The notes under the pieces were generated by a model that saw nothing but the letters and a program-made list of their open reading frames with translations, did no database searches and was not told the origin of the DNA. A program made the position numbers and the translations under genes. From IMG/VR virus record IMGVR_UViG_3300029267_004155: a stretch of DNA of 64,000 bases; one strand, given 5' to 3'. The DNA is from a virus (taxonomy: Duplodnaviria; Caudoviricetes). Shown one piece after another: positions 19,727 through 29,019 of the stretch; positions within the stretch are counted from its first letter, which is position 1, and the number at the start of each line of letters is the position of its first letter.

Positions 19727-20476
19727 ATGAGCAGGGACGGTTTCGCGAACGTGATAGCCGACATGCGGCAGCAGGAATACCCCGACTGGAGGACGTACGA
19801 GGCGCTCTACCAGCGCTACCAGGAGAGGCCGGTCGGGGACCTGGTCGACGTGGCCGGGGACGTCCGGGGGAAGCGCGTCCTGGACCTCTGCGGGGGCTCC
19901 GGGCGGCTGGCCGAGGAGTGCGTCGGGCGCGGGGCGGCCGACGTCCTCCTGGTGGACGAGAGCCGCCGGATGACCGGGCGCCTCAGGCGCAAGCGGGGCA
20001 TCCGGCTCTTCCCCGGGAGGGTCCAGGAGATGCTCGCCGTCGCGGCGCCCCTCTACCGGGACGCGCCGAGGCTGGGGCCCGACTTCGTCTTCTGCCGGCA
20101 GGCGGTGAACTACTGGATTGACACCGCCGCGGCCAAGGCGCTCGCGGGCCTGATGCCGGCGGCGTCCGTCTTCGTCTTCAACACCTTCAACACGAAGCCC
20201 AAGGAGGAGCCGCACGCGACGTCATACTTCGTTGGCCAGGACCTCTGCACCGAGATCGGCTACCGGGTCGGCGACGTGGTCCACCACGTCCAGTGCCGGG
20301 AGGGCTACCGCCCGCACGTGACGAGCTTCCTCTGGATCAGCCCGAAGGAGTTCCGGGAGATGCTGAGCCCGTGCTTCGAGGCGGAGGAGGTCAGGCATGG
20401 CCGCACGAGCATCTGGCGGTGCGTGAGAAGGGCGACCGACGAGGTGGTCCGGAGCAAGGGGGTCGTGGGGCCATGA
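19727..20476 (+). CDS. Class I SAM-dependent methyltransferase
   Basis: VLDLCGGSG, LVDES. Confidence 0.8.
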   Translation: MSRDGFANVIADMRQQEYPDWRTYEALYQRYQERPVGDLVDVAGDVRGKRVLDLCGGSGRLAEECVGRGAADVLLVDESRRMTGRLRRKRGIRLFPGRVQEMLAVAAPLYRDAPRLGPDFVFCRQAVNYWIDTAAAKALAGLMPAASVFVFNTFNTKPKEEPHATSYFVGQDLCTEIGYRVGDVVHHVQCREGYRPHVTSFLWISPKEFREMLSPCFEAEEVRHGRTSIWRCVRRATDEVVRSKGVVGP

Positions 20477-20701
20477 GGAGCGTCCTTCTGCTGGTGGGCG
20501 TGTATGCGATGGTCCCCGGGTTGGTGACCTTGATCTGCCATGTGGTGGACGTCCGCAGGCTCTTGTGCCCGAGGTGCCCAGGCTGCGGGGAGCGGATGAG
20601 AACGGTTCGGCGTGGGGGCAGGACCCGCTTCTGGTGCGGCAACGACAAGTGCCCGGAATACGAGTTCAGGCAGAAAACTTCAGCTTTTTTCTCCGGTCCG
20701 C

Positions 20702-20731
20702 GTGGAAAACCGCCCGTTTTTGGCAATATGG
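20702..20731 (+). promoter_or_regulatory. Conserved motif, copy 2
   Basis: GTGGAAAACcgcccgtttttGGCAATATGG; also shares about 23 bp upstream with copy 1. Confidence 0.8.
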
Positions 20732-20752
20732 AGGTAAGCAAAGGAGATCACG

Positions 20753-20893
20753 ATGAGGACCAAGAAACAGAGTCAGGCGATTGACAAGCGGCGCGCCCGG
20801 CGCGCCGAGAAGGGCTCCGAGGCCAAGCGCGAGAGGATGCTCGGCCGGGTCACCCGTCGGAAGCAGGGCCGTGGCATCACGGTCAAGAAGTAG
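20753..20893 (+). CDS. 46-aa highly basic protein (below ORF-track cutoff)
   Basis: AAGGAG RBS right after motif copy 2; MRTKKQSQAIDKRRARR..VKK. Confidence 0.65.
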   Translation: MRTKKQSQAIDKRRARRAEKGSEAKRERMLGRVTRRKQGRGITVKK

Positions 20894-21001
20894 GAAGCGA
20901 CATGAAGAACGATTCGGGATTGACTGAGCAGGAGATCGAGGAGATCATGGCTCGGGGCGCGCGGATTGTGCGGCGAGCGAGGCTAGGGAGTAGGAGGCGA
21001 C

Positions 21002-21208
21002 ATGAGGAACTACCCCGGACTGACCGAGCGGGAGACGGACGAGATCGTGGCCAGGGGCCCGCGGTGCGGCAAGTGCGAGGCGTGCAGGCTGATCGAGGAC
21101 TCGAAGGCCCTCTACGCGCCGAGCCCGCCGTTCAGCCACGCCAACGACGCGACCGTGAGCGGCTGGAACCGGCTGCTGTTCGACAACCCGTGCGAGGTGG
21201 GCCAGTGA
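21002..21208 (+). CDS. Small CxxCxxC protein
   Basis: AGGAGG RBS. Confidence 0.65.
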   Translation: MRNYPGLTERETDEIVARGPRCGKCEACRLIEDSKALYAPSPPFSHANDATVSGWNRLLFDNPCEVGQ

Positions 21209-21485
21209 ACATCGTGGAGCGTCAGATCGGGGCCGTCGGGCTGGACAGGGACGGTTCGTACTGGAAGGCCCTGTTCGGAGAGGGCTACGCCGTTCACGCG
21301 GCGGAACGGAGCAAGGGCGGCGAGGAGGTGGTCCTATGGAGCGACGAGCACGGCTACTCGGTGACGCACCGGGGCCGTGGCGGCCATGGGACGAGCGGGA
21401 CCTTCCCGTCGATCGTGCAGGCGGCGGAGTACATGGCCGAGATGCTGGAAATGCTGTGAGGCGACGACATGACGGAGCTGGTGAC

Positions 21486-21812
21486 ATGAGGTACAGGTTG
21501 TCATACGAGGTCGAGGCCGACAGCGAGGCTCTCGCCTACGATGTCGCGGCGGACAACGTGGGCTGCTTCGACATCGAGGTCGTCAAGGAGGACTCTGGCG
21601 GCGAGCGGCTGATCTCGGAGATCGCGGCGAAGGCGCTGTTCGGCCCCTCCTGGGGGCTGTTGGAGCGCGACGCCATGTGCAACCGGGACCTGGCGACCTT
21701 CTGCCTTCTCGGCGTGGCGCCGGGGGCCGAGGGGCCGAAGCTGCTGGATAAGGCCAAGGAGAACGAGGCGGTTCTGATGATGGTGATCGACGAAAAGAAC
21801 GGAGAGAAGTGA
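21486..21812 (+). CDS. Hypothetical protein
   Basis: Coding-like composition, tiles. Confidence 0.6.
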   Translation: MRYRLSYEVEADSEALAYDVAADNVGCFDIEVVKEDSGGERLISEIAAKALFGPSWGLLERDAMCNRDLATFCLLGVAPGAEGPKLLDKAKENEAVLMMVIDEKNGEK

Positions 21813-21814
21813 CC

Positions 21815-22501
21815 ATGGCTGACATGAAGGCGAGGAGAGTCAAGGTCGGTGAGCCCCTGGAGGTTTCTCCGATGGAGTTCGAGGACATACCGGGAAGCGA
21901 GATCGTGAAGCGCGGCCTGGAGGTCGCCTTGGCCGGTGGCCATCCGATCTTGCTCCTTGCGAGCGCGGGGTCGTACGGGGACGCCCTGGCGGAGGCCGGG
22001 GGCGTGATGGCGAAGGAGGCCGGGCTCTTCTTCGACTGTCTCGTCTATCCCGTGTGTCCCTGTGGGGCCCACGGCACGCCGGACGTGGAGTGCAAGTGCG
22101 GCGTCGAGGAGTTGGAGGAGCACTACGACGTCCTGGCGGCCGAGCTGGACGGCTTCGATCTGGTGGTCGAGTGTGTCCGGCCGAGACATAAGGAGGTCGT
22201 GTCGGGAAGGAAGGGCGAGAGCGCGGAGGTCGTGATGCGGCGCGTTCGGAAGTCCGGGGACAGGGAGCGTCCCAAGGAGCTTGACGATGGCGCGAAGGCC
22301 ATGATGAGGCTCGCGATGGGCGATCTGGGGAACCTCGACTATGACAGGACGGTTCGGGTGGCGGCCACGATAGCCGCCCTGGACGGGTGCGACGAGATTG
22401 GCGCATCCCATGCGTGCGAGGCCATTCAGTACAGGTTCTTGAACGACATGTGGGTTCGCCGGAAGGAGAAGAGGGTGACGGTTGACGGGAGGAAGGCATG
22501 A
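21815..22501 (+). CDS. Shortened, degenerate ComM/YifB (Mg-chelatase-related) homologue
   Basis: FEDI.G.E.VKRGLEVA.AGGH..LL, CPCG..C.C, FDL.VE, GES..V..RV, R..RVA.TIA.L.G..I..H..EAIQYR; Walker A absent. Confidence 0.75.
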   Translation: MADMKARRVKVGEPLEVSPMEFEDIPGSEIVKRGLEVALAGGHPILLLASAGSYGDALAEAGGVMAKEAGLFFDCLVYPVCPCGAHGTPDVECKCGVEELEEHYDVLAAELDGFDLVVECVRPRHKEVVSGRKGESAEVVMRRVRKSGDRERPKELDDGAKAMMRLAMGDLGNLDYDRTVRVAATIAALDGCDEIGASHACEAIQYRFLNDMWVRRKEKRVTVDGRKA

Positions 22502-23241
22502 CGGGGACGCACATGGCGATGTTGATGGAGGACCTGGTCGAGACGGTCCAGAGGACCTTCGAGGACGGCGTCCGGGAGGTGATCCGGGCCGAGGCGGACC
22601 GGGTCCCCTCCTGGGAGCGTCATAAGGTCGACGTGCCGGAGGGGGCCTCCGGCGACTGGGCCGTGGAGCGCTTCTCCGTCACGCCGGAGGAGGAGTCGTT
22701 CGAGAAGATGAGGTGCGCCTTCAATCCGCAGCGGGTGGCGAGGTTCGCGCCGGTGGGGGACTACACCCGCCTGGTCCGCGGGAACGGCGTCGTGATGTCG
22801 GACACCCCGGACGAGATCATGGACCACATGGAGCCGATGAGGAGGGCGAGGGGGCGCTGCCTGGTGAACGGGCTCGGGCTCGGCATGGTGGCCGAGGGGA
22901 TGCTCCGGAGGCCGGACGTGGAGCGGGTGACGGTGGTGGAGCTCTCCGAGGACGTGATCGCCCTGGTGGGGCCTCACTACCGGGCCCGCCATGGCGACCG
23001 CCTGGAGATCGTCCACGGCGACGCCTTCGAGTGGGTCCCGCCGAGGGGCGTCCGGTACGACGTCGTCTGGCACGACATTTTTGATGATATTAGTGCCGAC
23101 AATTTGCCCCTCATGACTCGTCTAAAGCGTCGTTATTGTCGGCGTTGTGATTGGCAAGGATGCTGGGCTGAGGATCAATGTAGGAATCAAAAGAAGCGGA
23201 TGAAGAGTGGCAGGGTTTCCAGCCGGAAGGGGCTGTACTAA
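22498..23241 (+). CDS. Spermidine-synthase-like SAM methyltransferase
   Basis: MSDTPDE, LVNGLGLG, VTVVE, GDAF, YD..WHDI. Confidence 0.8.
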   Translation: MTGTHMAMLMEDLVETVQRTFEDGVREVIRAEADRVPSWERHKVDVPEGASGDWAVERFSVTPEEESFEKMRCAFNPQRVARFAPVGDYTRLVRGNGVVMSDTPDEIMDHMEPMRRARGRCLVNGLGLGMVAEGMLRRPDVERVTVVELSEDVIALVGPHYRARHGDRLEIVHGDAFEWVPPRGVRYDVVWHDIFDDISADNLPLMTRLKRRYCRRCDWQGCWAEDQCRNQKKRMKSGRVSSRKGLY

Positions 23242-23251
23242 GGAGTGCGAC

Positions 23252-23482
23252 ATGATTGACTACGTGGCGATCAAGGAGACGATCTCGGCCATGAGGGGCG
23301 CGGCCCGGGCGAAGATGGAGGAGCAGGCGCTGGCGGGCGTCTGTGACAGGTGCGGCGGTGACATGGAGCCGGAAATCCTCACCCATCCCGTCACGGGCGA
23401 GACGAAGGTGATGATTCTCTGCCCGAAGTGCCGGAAGGAGTACCATCAGGAGCTCGTGGAAAGGGGACTGCTAAGACGATGA
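23252..23482 (+). CDS. Zn-ribbon protein
   Basis: CDRC..CPKC. Confidence 0.6.
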   Translation: MIDYVAIKETISAMRGAARAKMEEQALAGVCDRCGGDMEPEILTHPVTGETKVMILCPKCRKEYHQELVERGLLRR

Positions 23483-24135
23483 ACAAGATCAGAGAAAAGC
23501 TGAACGAGGACGGGACCGTCGCCATCGACGAGTTCGGGCAGTTAATAATTACGACGATGGACAGCCAGGGCTACGAGATGACGTGTTGGCCGATCGACGT
23601 TCGGGGCCGGACCTGCGGCATCTGCGGGGAGGGCTGGGAGCTGACGCCGGAGTCGGTGAAGGACCAGTACCACCATGGGCAGGCAGGCTGCCTCGTGCAC
23701 GTCACGTGCCTCGAGCGCTATCTTCAGTTCCGGCAGAGGATCATGTTGATGGACGCCATTGCCGAGTCTGGGTTCATGATCGAGGAGGTCAGGCAGATCG
23801 AGAACCAGTACTGGGGCGCCTGGAACACCTGCTGGTACAAGGTGAAGCTGGTGTCGTCTCTCGATCTGGTCCTGACGTTCGGGAGCCGGAAGCGCGTCTT
23901 CCACGTCGGGCTGGAGGTGGGAAAGCCGGAGTCGGACACGGACCTCCGTGGCCTGGAGGCCGAGTTCGAGGGCGAGAGGGTGACCAAGGGCTTCGACCGT
24001 CACGGATGCTACCTCCACGCCCACAGCGACGAGAAGGTTGCGGAGTACATCGCCAAGATGTCCGGGGCTTTCGAGCTGCCGGAGAAGAAGGGCGGCTTCG
24101 TCTCCGCCGGCACGACCAAGTTCAGGATGGGATGA
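23479..24135 (+). CDS. Hypothetical protein
   Basis: ATGA overlap. Confidence 0.65.
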   Translation: MNKIREKLNEDGTVAIDEFGQLIITTMDSQGYEMTCWPIDVRGRTCGICGEGWELTPESVKDQYHHGQAGCLVHVTCLERYLQFRQRIMLMDAIAESGFMIEEVRQIENQYWGAWNTCWYKVKLVSSLDLVLTFGSRKRVFHVGLEVGKPESDTDLRGLEAEFEGERVTKGFDRHGCYLHAHSDEKVAEYIAKMSGAFELPEKKGGFVSAGTTKFRMG

Positions 24136-24623
24136 GGATATGAGCAGGACGTACAACAGAGGCCCGTGCTACGTCTGCGGCAAGGACGTCTCCTGTGCCG
24201 GCTTCGCCCGGACGGCCCACAACCGGATGCACGTCCGGGAGGGCCTGATGACCGGAGACCGTGAAGCACTACTGGTTCAAAGGACACCACGAGGAGTTTA
24301 GCACGTTCGACTTGACCGCTAAGGGGTTCGAGGTCCGCAAGGAGAACATGAAGAGGCGTCGGGAGGAGTTCGAGGCCCGGAAGGCGATGGAGGAGTGAAT
24401 CCATGAGCATCATGAGCGACGCGTTCACGCACGGCACTCTCAAAGAGGTTGGCGACCTGATCGGGCGGCTTCAGGCGGAAGGGCGTGCGGCGGACTATGT
24501 CGTCGCCTATGTCCGTGGCTATTGCGAGCATTGGCAGAAGCATGACACGATGGACCCGAATGCCCCGCGGTTTGCGGGGCCGACAGATGAGGAGGAGACC
24601 TTGATAGAGAAGAGGAGGCGGAC

Positions 24624-25673
24624 ATGAGGATCGTAGACAGGATCGTGAGGCCGAGGCAGGAGGGAGGCGTCGACTATGGCGCCGAGAGGGTCGTGGTCGC
24701 CCAGGCCGGGGGTCGCGAGGTCATCTGGCAGAAGGGGTCCATGTGCTGGTCGGGCCTCGGGGAGCAGTCCTACCACGAGGCCTCCCTGGAGATGGTGGTC
24801 CGGGAGGGGCCGTTGCCGTCCGGCTGGCAGTCCTGGAAGAAGAACGAGACCCTTCGGAGCGGGGGCAGGTTGTCCCGGGCGCTCCTGGGAGGGATGGACA
24901 CCCGCATCAGGGGCTTCCTCCGGCTGAGGAACGGGACCAAGAGCGTCTTTCTTCTCCACAAGCGGGGAAAGACGGTGGTCTACGAGAAGGGCGACTTCAG
25001 GGTCGAGGTGGCGCCGAGCGAGCAGCCCGCGCCGAGTGAGCAGCCCGCGCCGACGGAGCCCGATCCTCCCAGGCCCGTGAGGCCGGACCCGGCGACGGAC
25101 GCGAGGAGCCGGCTGCGCCGGTGGGTGGCCGAGTGCGGGAGCCGCGGCATGACCCGCGACCAGATGGTTGACATTCTCCAGGAGGAGGCGAGGGGCATGA
25201 GGCCCGAGAGGCCGAAGCCCCGGAAGGAGGACCTCGCCCCGGTGCCGGAGGAGTGCGTGGGCGACGCGGTGGTGGACCATCCGGAGGAGAGGATTTACCG
25301 GGAGGTCTCGGCTCCCCTCCTCGGGGAGGGCCGGACCAAGATCGTCCGGGCGCATCCCCTCACGGCGATCGAGGCGACGGACATGGTGAGGCCGTCCGCG
25401 GGCTTCTGCGCGAAGTGTTCGGACGCGCTGACGAAGGAGACGGCGTCGGGGGTCAGGGAGCTTGTCGGCTGCCGGCTGACCGAGGACCCGGCGAACGGCG
25501 AGAGCTGCCCGCTCGGCAACGCGTGGAGGGTCGTGGGAGACCATCCGACGCTCGCGGGGCCCGACAAGGTCTTTCGGGGCGCGAGAGCCCACCTGGAGGC
25601 CATCCGCTACGCCGGGAGGCTCGTGGTCGTGGGATTCAAGGGCGTGAAGGTCGAGGGAGTGGAGGAAAGTTGA
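24624..25673 (+). CDS. Hypothetical protein with Pro-rich linker
   Basis: GAGGAGG RBS; APSEQP duplicated. Confidence 0.65.
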   Translation: MRIVDRIVRPRQEGGVDYGAERVVVAQAGGREVIWQKGSMCWSGLGEQSYHEASLEMVVREGPLPSGWQSWKKNETLRSGGRLSRALLGGMDTRIRGFLRLRNGTKSVFLLHKRGKTVVYEKGDFRVEVAPSEQPAPSEQPAPTEPDPPRPVRPDPATDARSRLRRWVAECGSRGMTRDQMVDILQEEARGMRPERPKPRKEDLAPVPEECVGDAVVDHPEERIYREVSAPLLGEGRTKIVRAHPLTAIEATDMVRPSAGFCAKCSDALTKETASGVRELVGCRLTEDPANGESCPLGNAWRVVGDHPTLAGPDKVFRGARAHLEAIRYAGRLVVVGFKGVKVEGVEES

Positions 25674-25681
25674 CGTGACGC

Positions 25682-25711
25682 GTGGAAAACTGTCCTCTTT
25701 TGGCAATATGG
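25682..25711 (+). promoter_or_regulatory. Conserved motif, copy 3
   Basis: GTGGAAAACtgtcctcttttGGCAATATGG. Confidence 0.8.
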
Positions 25712-25748
25712 GGGTGTGAGACGAGTCTGAACCAAAGGAGGACGAGAG

Positions 25749-26195
25749 ATGGAGTACCGCGAGATCATGGAGGCCTTCAGCCAGTACGTGAAGGAAGAGA
25801 AGCCCCGGGTTGAGTCCCCGACCGACATGGCGAGGATGATGCGCCCGATATTCCACGGCCTCCGGCAGGAGGAGTTTCATGTCATCCTCCTGAACGCGAA
25901 TAACAGGATAGTCAAGGATGTCATGGTGACGCGGGGGCTGGCCGACAGGAGCATGGTGCACGCCCGGGAGGTCTTCCGGGAGGCGATCGTGGCGAACGCG
26001 AGCAGGATCGTCCTCGCGCACAACCACCCGTCCGGGGACCTGACCCCGTCGCCGAACGACATTCACACCACGGGAGGGCTCGTGGAGGCTGGCAAGATCA
26101 TCGGCATCGAGGTGATAGATCACGTGATCATGGGAAGCAGGACCGGGCAGAGGGAGAAGGACTACCTGAGCTTCAGAGAGGAGAATCTGATATGA
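25749..26195 (+). CDS. radC: RadC-like JAB domain protein
   Basis: QEEF, VHAREVF, HNHPSGDLTPSPND, DHVI. Confidence 0.92.
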   Translation: MEYREIMEAFSQYVKEEKPRVESPTDMARMMRPIFHGLRQEEFHVILLNANNRIVKDVMVTRGLADRSMVHAREVFREAIVANASRIVLAHNHPSGDLTPSPNDIHTTGGLVEAGKIIGIEVIDHVIMGSRTGQREKDYLSFREENLI

Positions 26196-26557
26196 AGAAG
26201 CAGGACAAGGAGACGTTCCTGAGGGAGGCCGTGGCGATCCTGGAGCACGAGGGCGCGAGGAGGGTCGAGGGCCACTTGGACGCCGAGAGGTGGGAGGCCT
26301 TCGAGCTGGAGACGGCGGTCGGCAGGCTGACGGCCGACGTCGAGAGGGAGCCGAAGGGGGGCTGCACCGTCTTCTGCCGCTTCGAGGATGTCGGGCGGGC
26401 GGCGACCCTGGGGCTCAACCGGTTCAACCCGCACTCGGGCAAGTATAATTTCCACGCCGGTGCGAAGTGCGACGTGGTCGAGGCGTTCAGGAACCATGTC
26501 GGCCGGGCGTGCGAGGGGATGACCTTGCCCGTCAGGCAATCCGGGAGTGTGATGTGA
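26192..26557 (+). CDS. Hypothetical phage protein
   Basis: LET..G.L, VFCRF, NPHSGKYNFH. Confidence 0.7.
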   Translation: MKKQDKETFLREAVAILEHEGARRVEGHLDAERWEAFELETAVGRLTADVEREPKGGCTVFCRFEDVGRAATLGLNRFNPHSGKYNFHAGAKCDVVEAFRNHVGRACEGMTLPVRQSGSVM

Positions 26558-26580
26558 CAGAAGAAATGGAGGATGGGCAG

Positions 26581-27084
26581 ATGGGACAGAAGCAGGTTAT
26601 GTATTTCGCGGGCATTCCGGTTCCTCCGGATGTCGAGCTGCTGCTCGACAAGGTGGATGTGTCGGAGGGGAACCGAATCCCCTACTGGGAGATAGAGAGG
26701 TTGCTGGGCATCAGGCGAGACGGTAGCCGGTGGCGTACCGTCGTCTCCGGGTGGCGGAAGCGCCTGGAGGCGGAGCGGGTGGTGCAGTTGATATGCGATA
26801 GGGGGAAGGCTTTCGTGGTGGCGAACCCGCCAGAGCGCGTCGTCGTCAGCACCTGCCATGTGAAGAGGATGGTCAACTCGGCCGCTCGCGCCGCCAAGAT
26901 CGCGATGAGGACGCCGGAGGCGGACCTGGGAGCCGAGGACAAGCTGAGGCGCGCCTACGTCATCGGGCTGACGGACAAGCTGGCCTCGCTGGTGGCGCAG
27001 GAGAGGAGCGGACTTCACATGGCGCTTTCGGCCTTGAGGAAGGCCAAGGCGCTTCCTTCCGGGACGAATAACGGGAAAAAGTGA
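26581..27084 (+). CDS. Hypothetical protein, copy A1
   Basis: Paralogue of 28401-28901. Confidence 0.75.
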   Translation: MGQKQVMYFAGIPVPPDVELLLDKVDVSEGNRIPYWEIERLLGIRRDGSRWRTVVSGWRKRLEAERVVQLICDRGKAFVVANPPERVVVSTCHVKRMVNSAARAAKIAMRTPEADLGAEDKLRRAYVIGLTDKLASLVAQERSGLHMALSALRKAKALPSGTNNGKK

Positions 27085-27092
27085 CGCGACGA

Positions 27093-27122
27093 GTGGAAAA
27101 CGTTGCTCGTTTGGCAATATAG
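27093..27122 (+). promoter_or_regulatory. Conserved motif, copy 4
   Basis: GTGGAAAACgttgctcgtttGGCAATATAG. Confidence 0.8.
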
Positions 27123-27186
27123 GGTTGATGAGACAAGGCACTTCAAGGCACTTCAAGGCAGACGAGGCAGACAGAGGAGATGGAAG

Positions 27187-28209
27187 ATGGCTCAGGAAAA
27201 GAATGAAGTAGTTGTGTGCTCAGGGGGGCATGAAGTCCAAGCCTCGTGCGGCGGGAGGTGGCTGGGGCTCGATGTGACGTCGGTGGGTCGTTGCCGTGTC
27301 GGGTTCAGGATCGTCGAGCAGGTGTTGCGCGGAAGCGAGTTCGCCCCGATGTGTCCCGAGACTCCCTGGTCCTTCGAGGCGGGGGACCTGGCGTTGATCT
27401 CGGGCGAGGGGCCGGGGTGGGAGCCTGGGAAGCCCAACTGCAACCTGTTCGTGCGAGGCACGGACCGGAAGAAGGATGGCGTCACCTCTCGGTGCGGTCC
27501 GGTCCAGTGGGAGAGCATCTGCAAGGCCGTCGACCTCTACAACGAGGAGATGGAAAGGCACGTGGCCGTGAATGTCTCCGGCGACGTGGTTGCCGAGATG
27601 GTCCGGAAGGCCGTGGACGACGAGGGGGTGGTTCTGCCTTCGGAATACCATGGAGGGAAATGGCTGAGGGTGGGGTTGATGGGTCGCGGGAGTGGTTTTG
27701 TCCGGTTCAGGATCGTCGAGCAGGCGCTGCGCGGAAGCGAGTTCGCCCCGATGTGTCCCGAGACTCCGGGGTCCTTCAGCGTTCCCGAGGCGGGGATGAC
27801 CTTGGTTTCGAACGTCAGGCCGGAGTGGACGGGGTCTCCTGTCCAGAGTACCTTGTCCGTGCGGGGCTCGAACGAGAGGTCTGACGATGTCACTGTCAGA
27901 TGCGGGTCGGCCCAGTGGGAGCGCATCTGCAAGGCCGTCGACCTCTACAACGAGGAGATGGAGCGGTGCGCCGGGGCTCAGCTGGCGTCCGCGGGCGCCG
28001 AGGCTGGCGACCCGTTCGGCGATCCGGAGGGGCTTGCTCCTCCGGCGGCCAGTGAGGGCGTGAAGGCGCCAGAGGTGGTTCCCGAGACGTCCGCCGAGGA
28101 TGTCCGGCTGGCGCCGGGGTCCGAGGAGGGGGTGGCCGCGATCCTGCGGCTGGGCGGCAAGGTTGTCTACGTGGCGGCCGGGGCGCATGTCACGATCAAC
28201 ATCGGGTGA
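27187..28209 (+). CDS. Protein with two internal ~105-aa repeats, copy B1
   Basis: FRIVEQ.LRG..L.VRG..QW..ICKAVDLYNEEM occurs twice. Confidence 0.8.
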   Translation: MAQEKNEVVVCSGGHEVQASCGGRWLGLDVTSVGRCRVGFRIVEQVLRGSEFAPMCPETPWSFEAGDLALISGEGPGWEPGKPNCNLFVRGTDRKKDGVTSRCGPVQWESICKAVDLYNEEMERHVAVNVSGDVVAEMVRKAVDDEGVVLPSEYHGGKWLRVGLMGRGSGFVRFRIVEQALRGSEFAPMCPETPGSFSVPEAGMTLVSNVRPEWTGSPVQSTLSVRGSNERSDDVTVRCGSAQWERICKAVDLYNEEMERCAGAQLASAGAEAGDPFGDPEGLAPPAASEGVKAPEVVPETSAEDVRLAPGSEEGVAAILRLGGKVVYVAAGAHVTINIG

Positions 28210-28400
28210 GCGACTCTGTGGAGGTGACTTGTGAAGGCGAAGACCTGGAGCAAGAAGTTGAGCGGCGAGAGGATCAGGGGCGCGCTGTGCGATGTGGTCG
28301 AGGCGTTCAGGAGCCATGTCGGCCGGGCGTGCGAAGGGATGACCTTGCCCGTCAGGCAATCCGGGAGTGTGACGTGACAGAGGAAATGGAGGATGGGCAG

Positions 28401-28901
28401 ATGGGACAGAAGCAGGCCATGTATTTCGCGGGCATTCCGGTTCCTCCGGACGTCGAGCTGTTGCTCGACAAGGTGGATGTGTCGGAGGGGAACCGAATCC
28501 CGTATCTGGAGATAGAGAGGATGCTGGGGGTTCGACGTGATAGCCATCGGTGGGGAACCGTCGTCTCCGGGTGGCGGAAGCGCCTGGAGGCGGAGCGGGT
28601 GGTGCAGTTGATATGCGATAGGGGGAAGGCTTTCGTGGTGGCGAACGACAGCGAGCGTGTCGTCGTCAGCAACAGCCACATGAGCAGGAGTGTCAACTCG
28701 GCACGTCGCGCCCTTGAGATAGCGCTGAGGACGCCGGTGTCCAAGCTGGACGCGAGTGACAGGATCAAGCGCAAGCACCTTGTCAGGTTGGCGACGAAGA
28801 TAGCGCTCCTGGAGGCGAGGGAGGGTGCCAGGCTCCGCAGGAAGCTGGCTTCGGCGAATGGTCGGAAGGGGCTTCCGCCGGCTGGTGGCGGGAAGAAATG
28901 A
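28401..28901 (+). CDS. Hypothetical protein, copy A2
   Basis: Paralogue of 26581-27084. Confidence 0.75.
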   Translation: MGQKQAMYFAGIPVPPDVELLLDKVDVSEGNRIPYLEIERMLGVRRDSHRWGTVVSGWRKRLEAERVVQLICDRGKAFVVANDSERVVVSNSHMSRSVNSARRALEIALRTPVSKLDASDRIKRKHLVRLATKIALLEAREGARLRRKLASANGRKGLPPAGGGKK

Positions 28902-28922
28902 GAAAAATAATTCGCGGGACGT

Positions 28923-28952
28923 GTGGAAAACTTCGCTCTTTTGGCAATATGG
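28923..28952 (+). promoter_or_regulatory. Conserved motif, copy 5
   Basis: GTGGAAAACttcgctcttttGGCAATATGG. Confidence 0.8.
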
Positions 28953-28959
28953 GGTAGAA

Positions 28960-29013
28960 CAAGGCAGACAAGGCAGACAAGGCAGACAAGGCAGACAGGG
29001 CAGACAAAGGAGA
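28960..29013 (+). repeat. 9-bp tandem repeat CAAGGCAGA (4 perfect + 2 variant) in 5' leader
   Basis: Read directly; last unit forms the RBS. Confidence 0.9.
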
Positions 29014-29019
29014 AGGACG

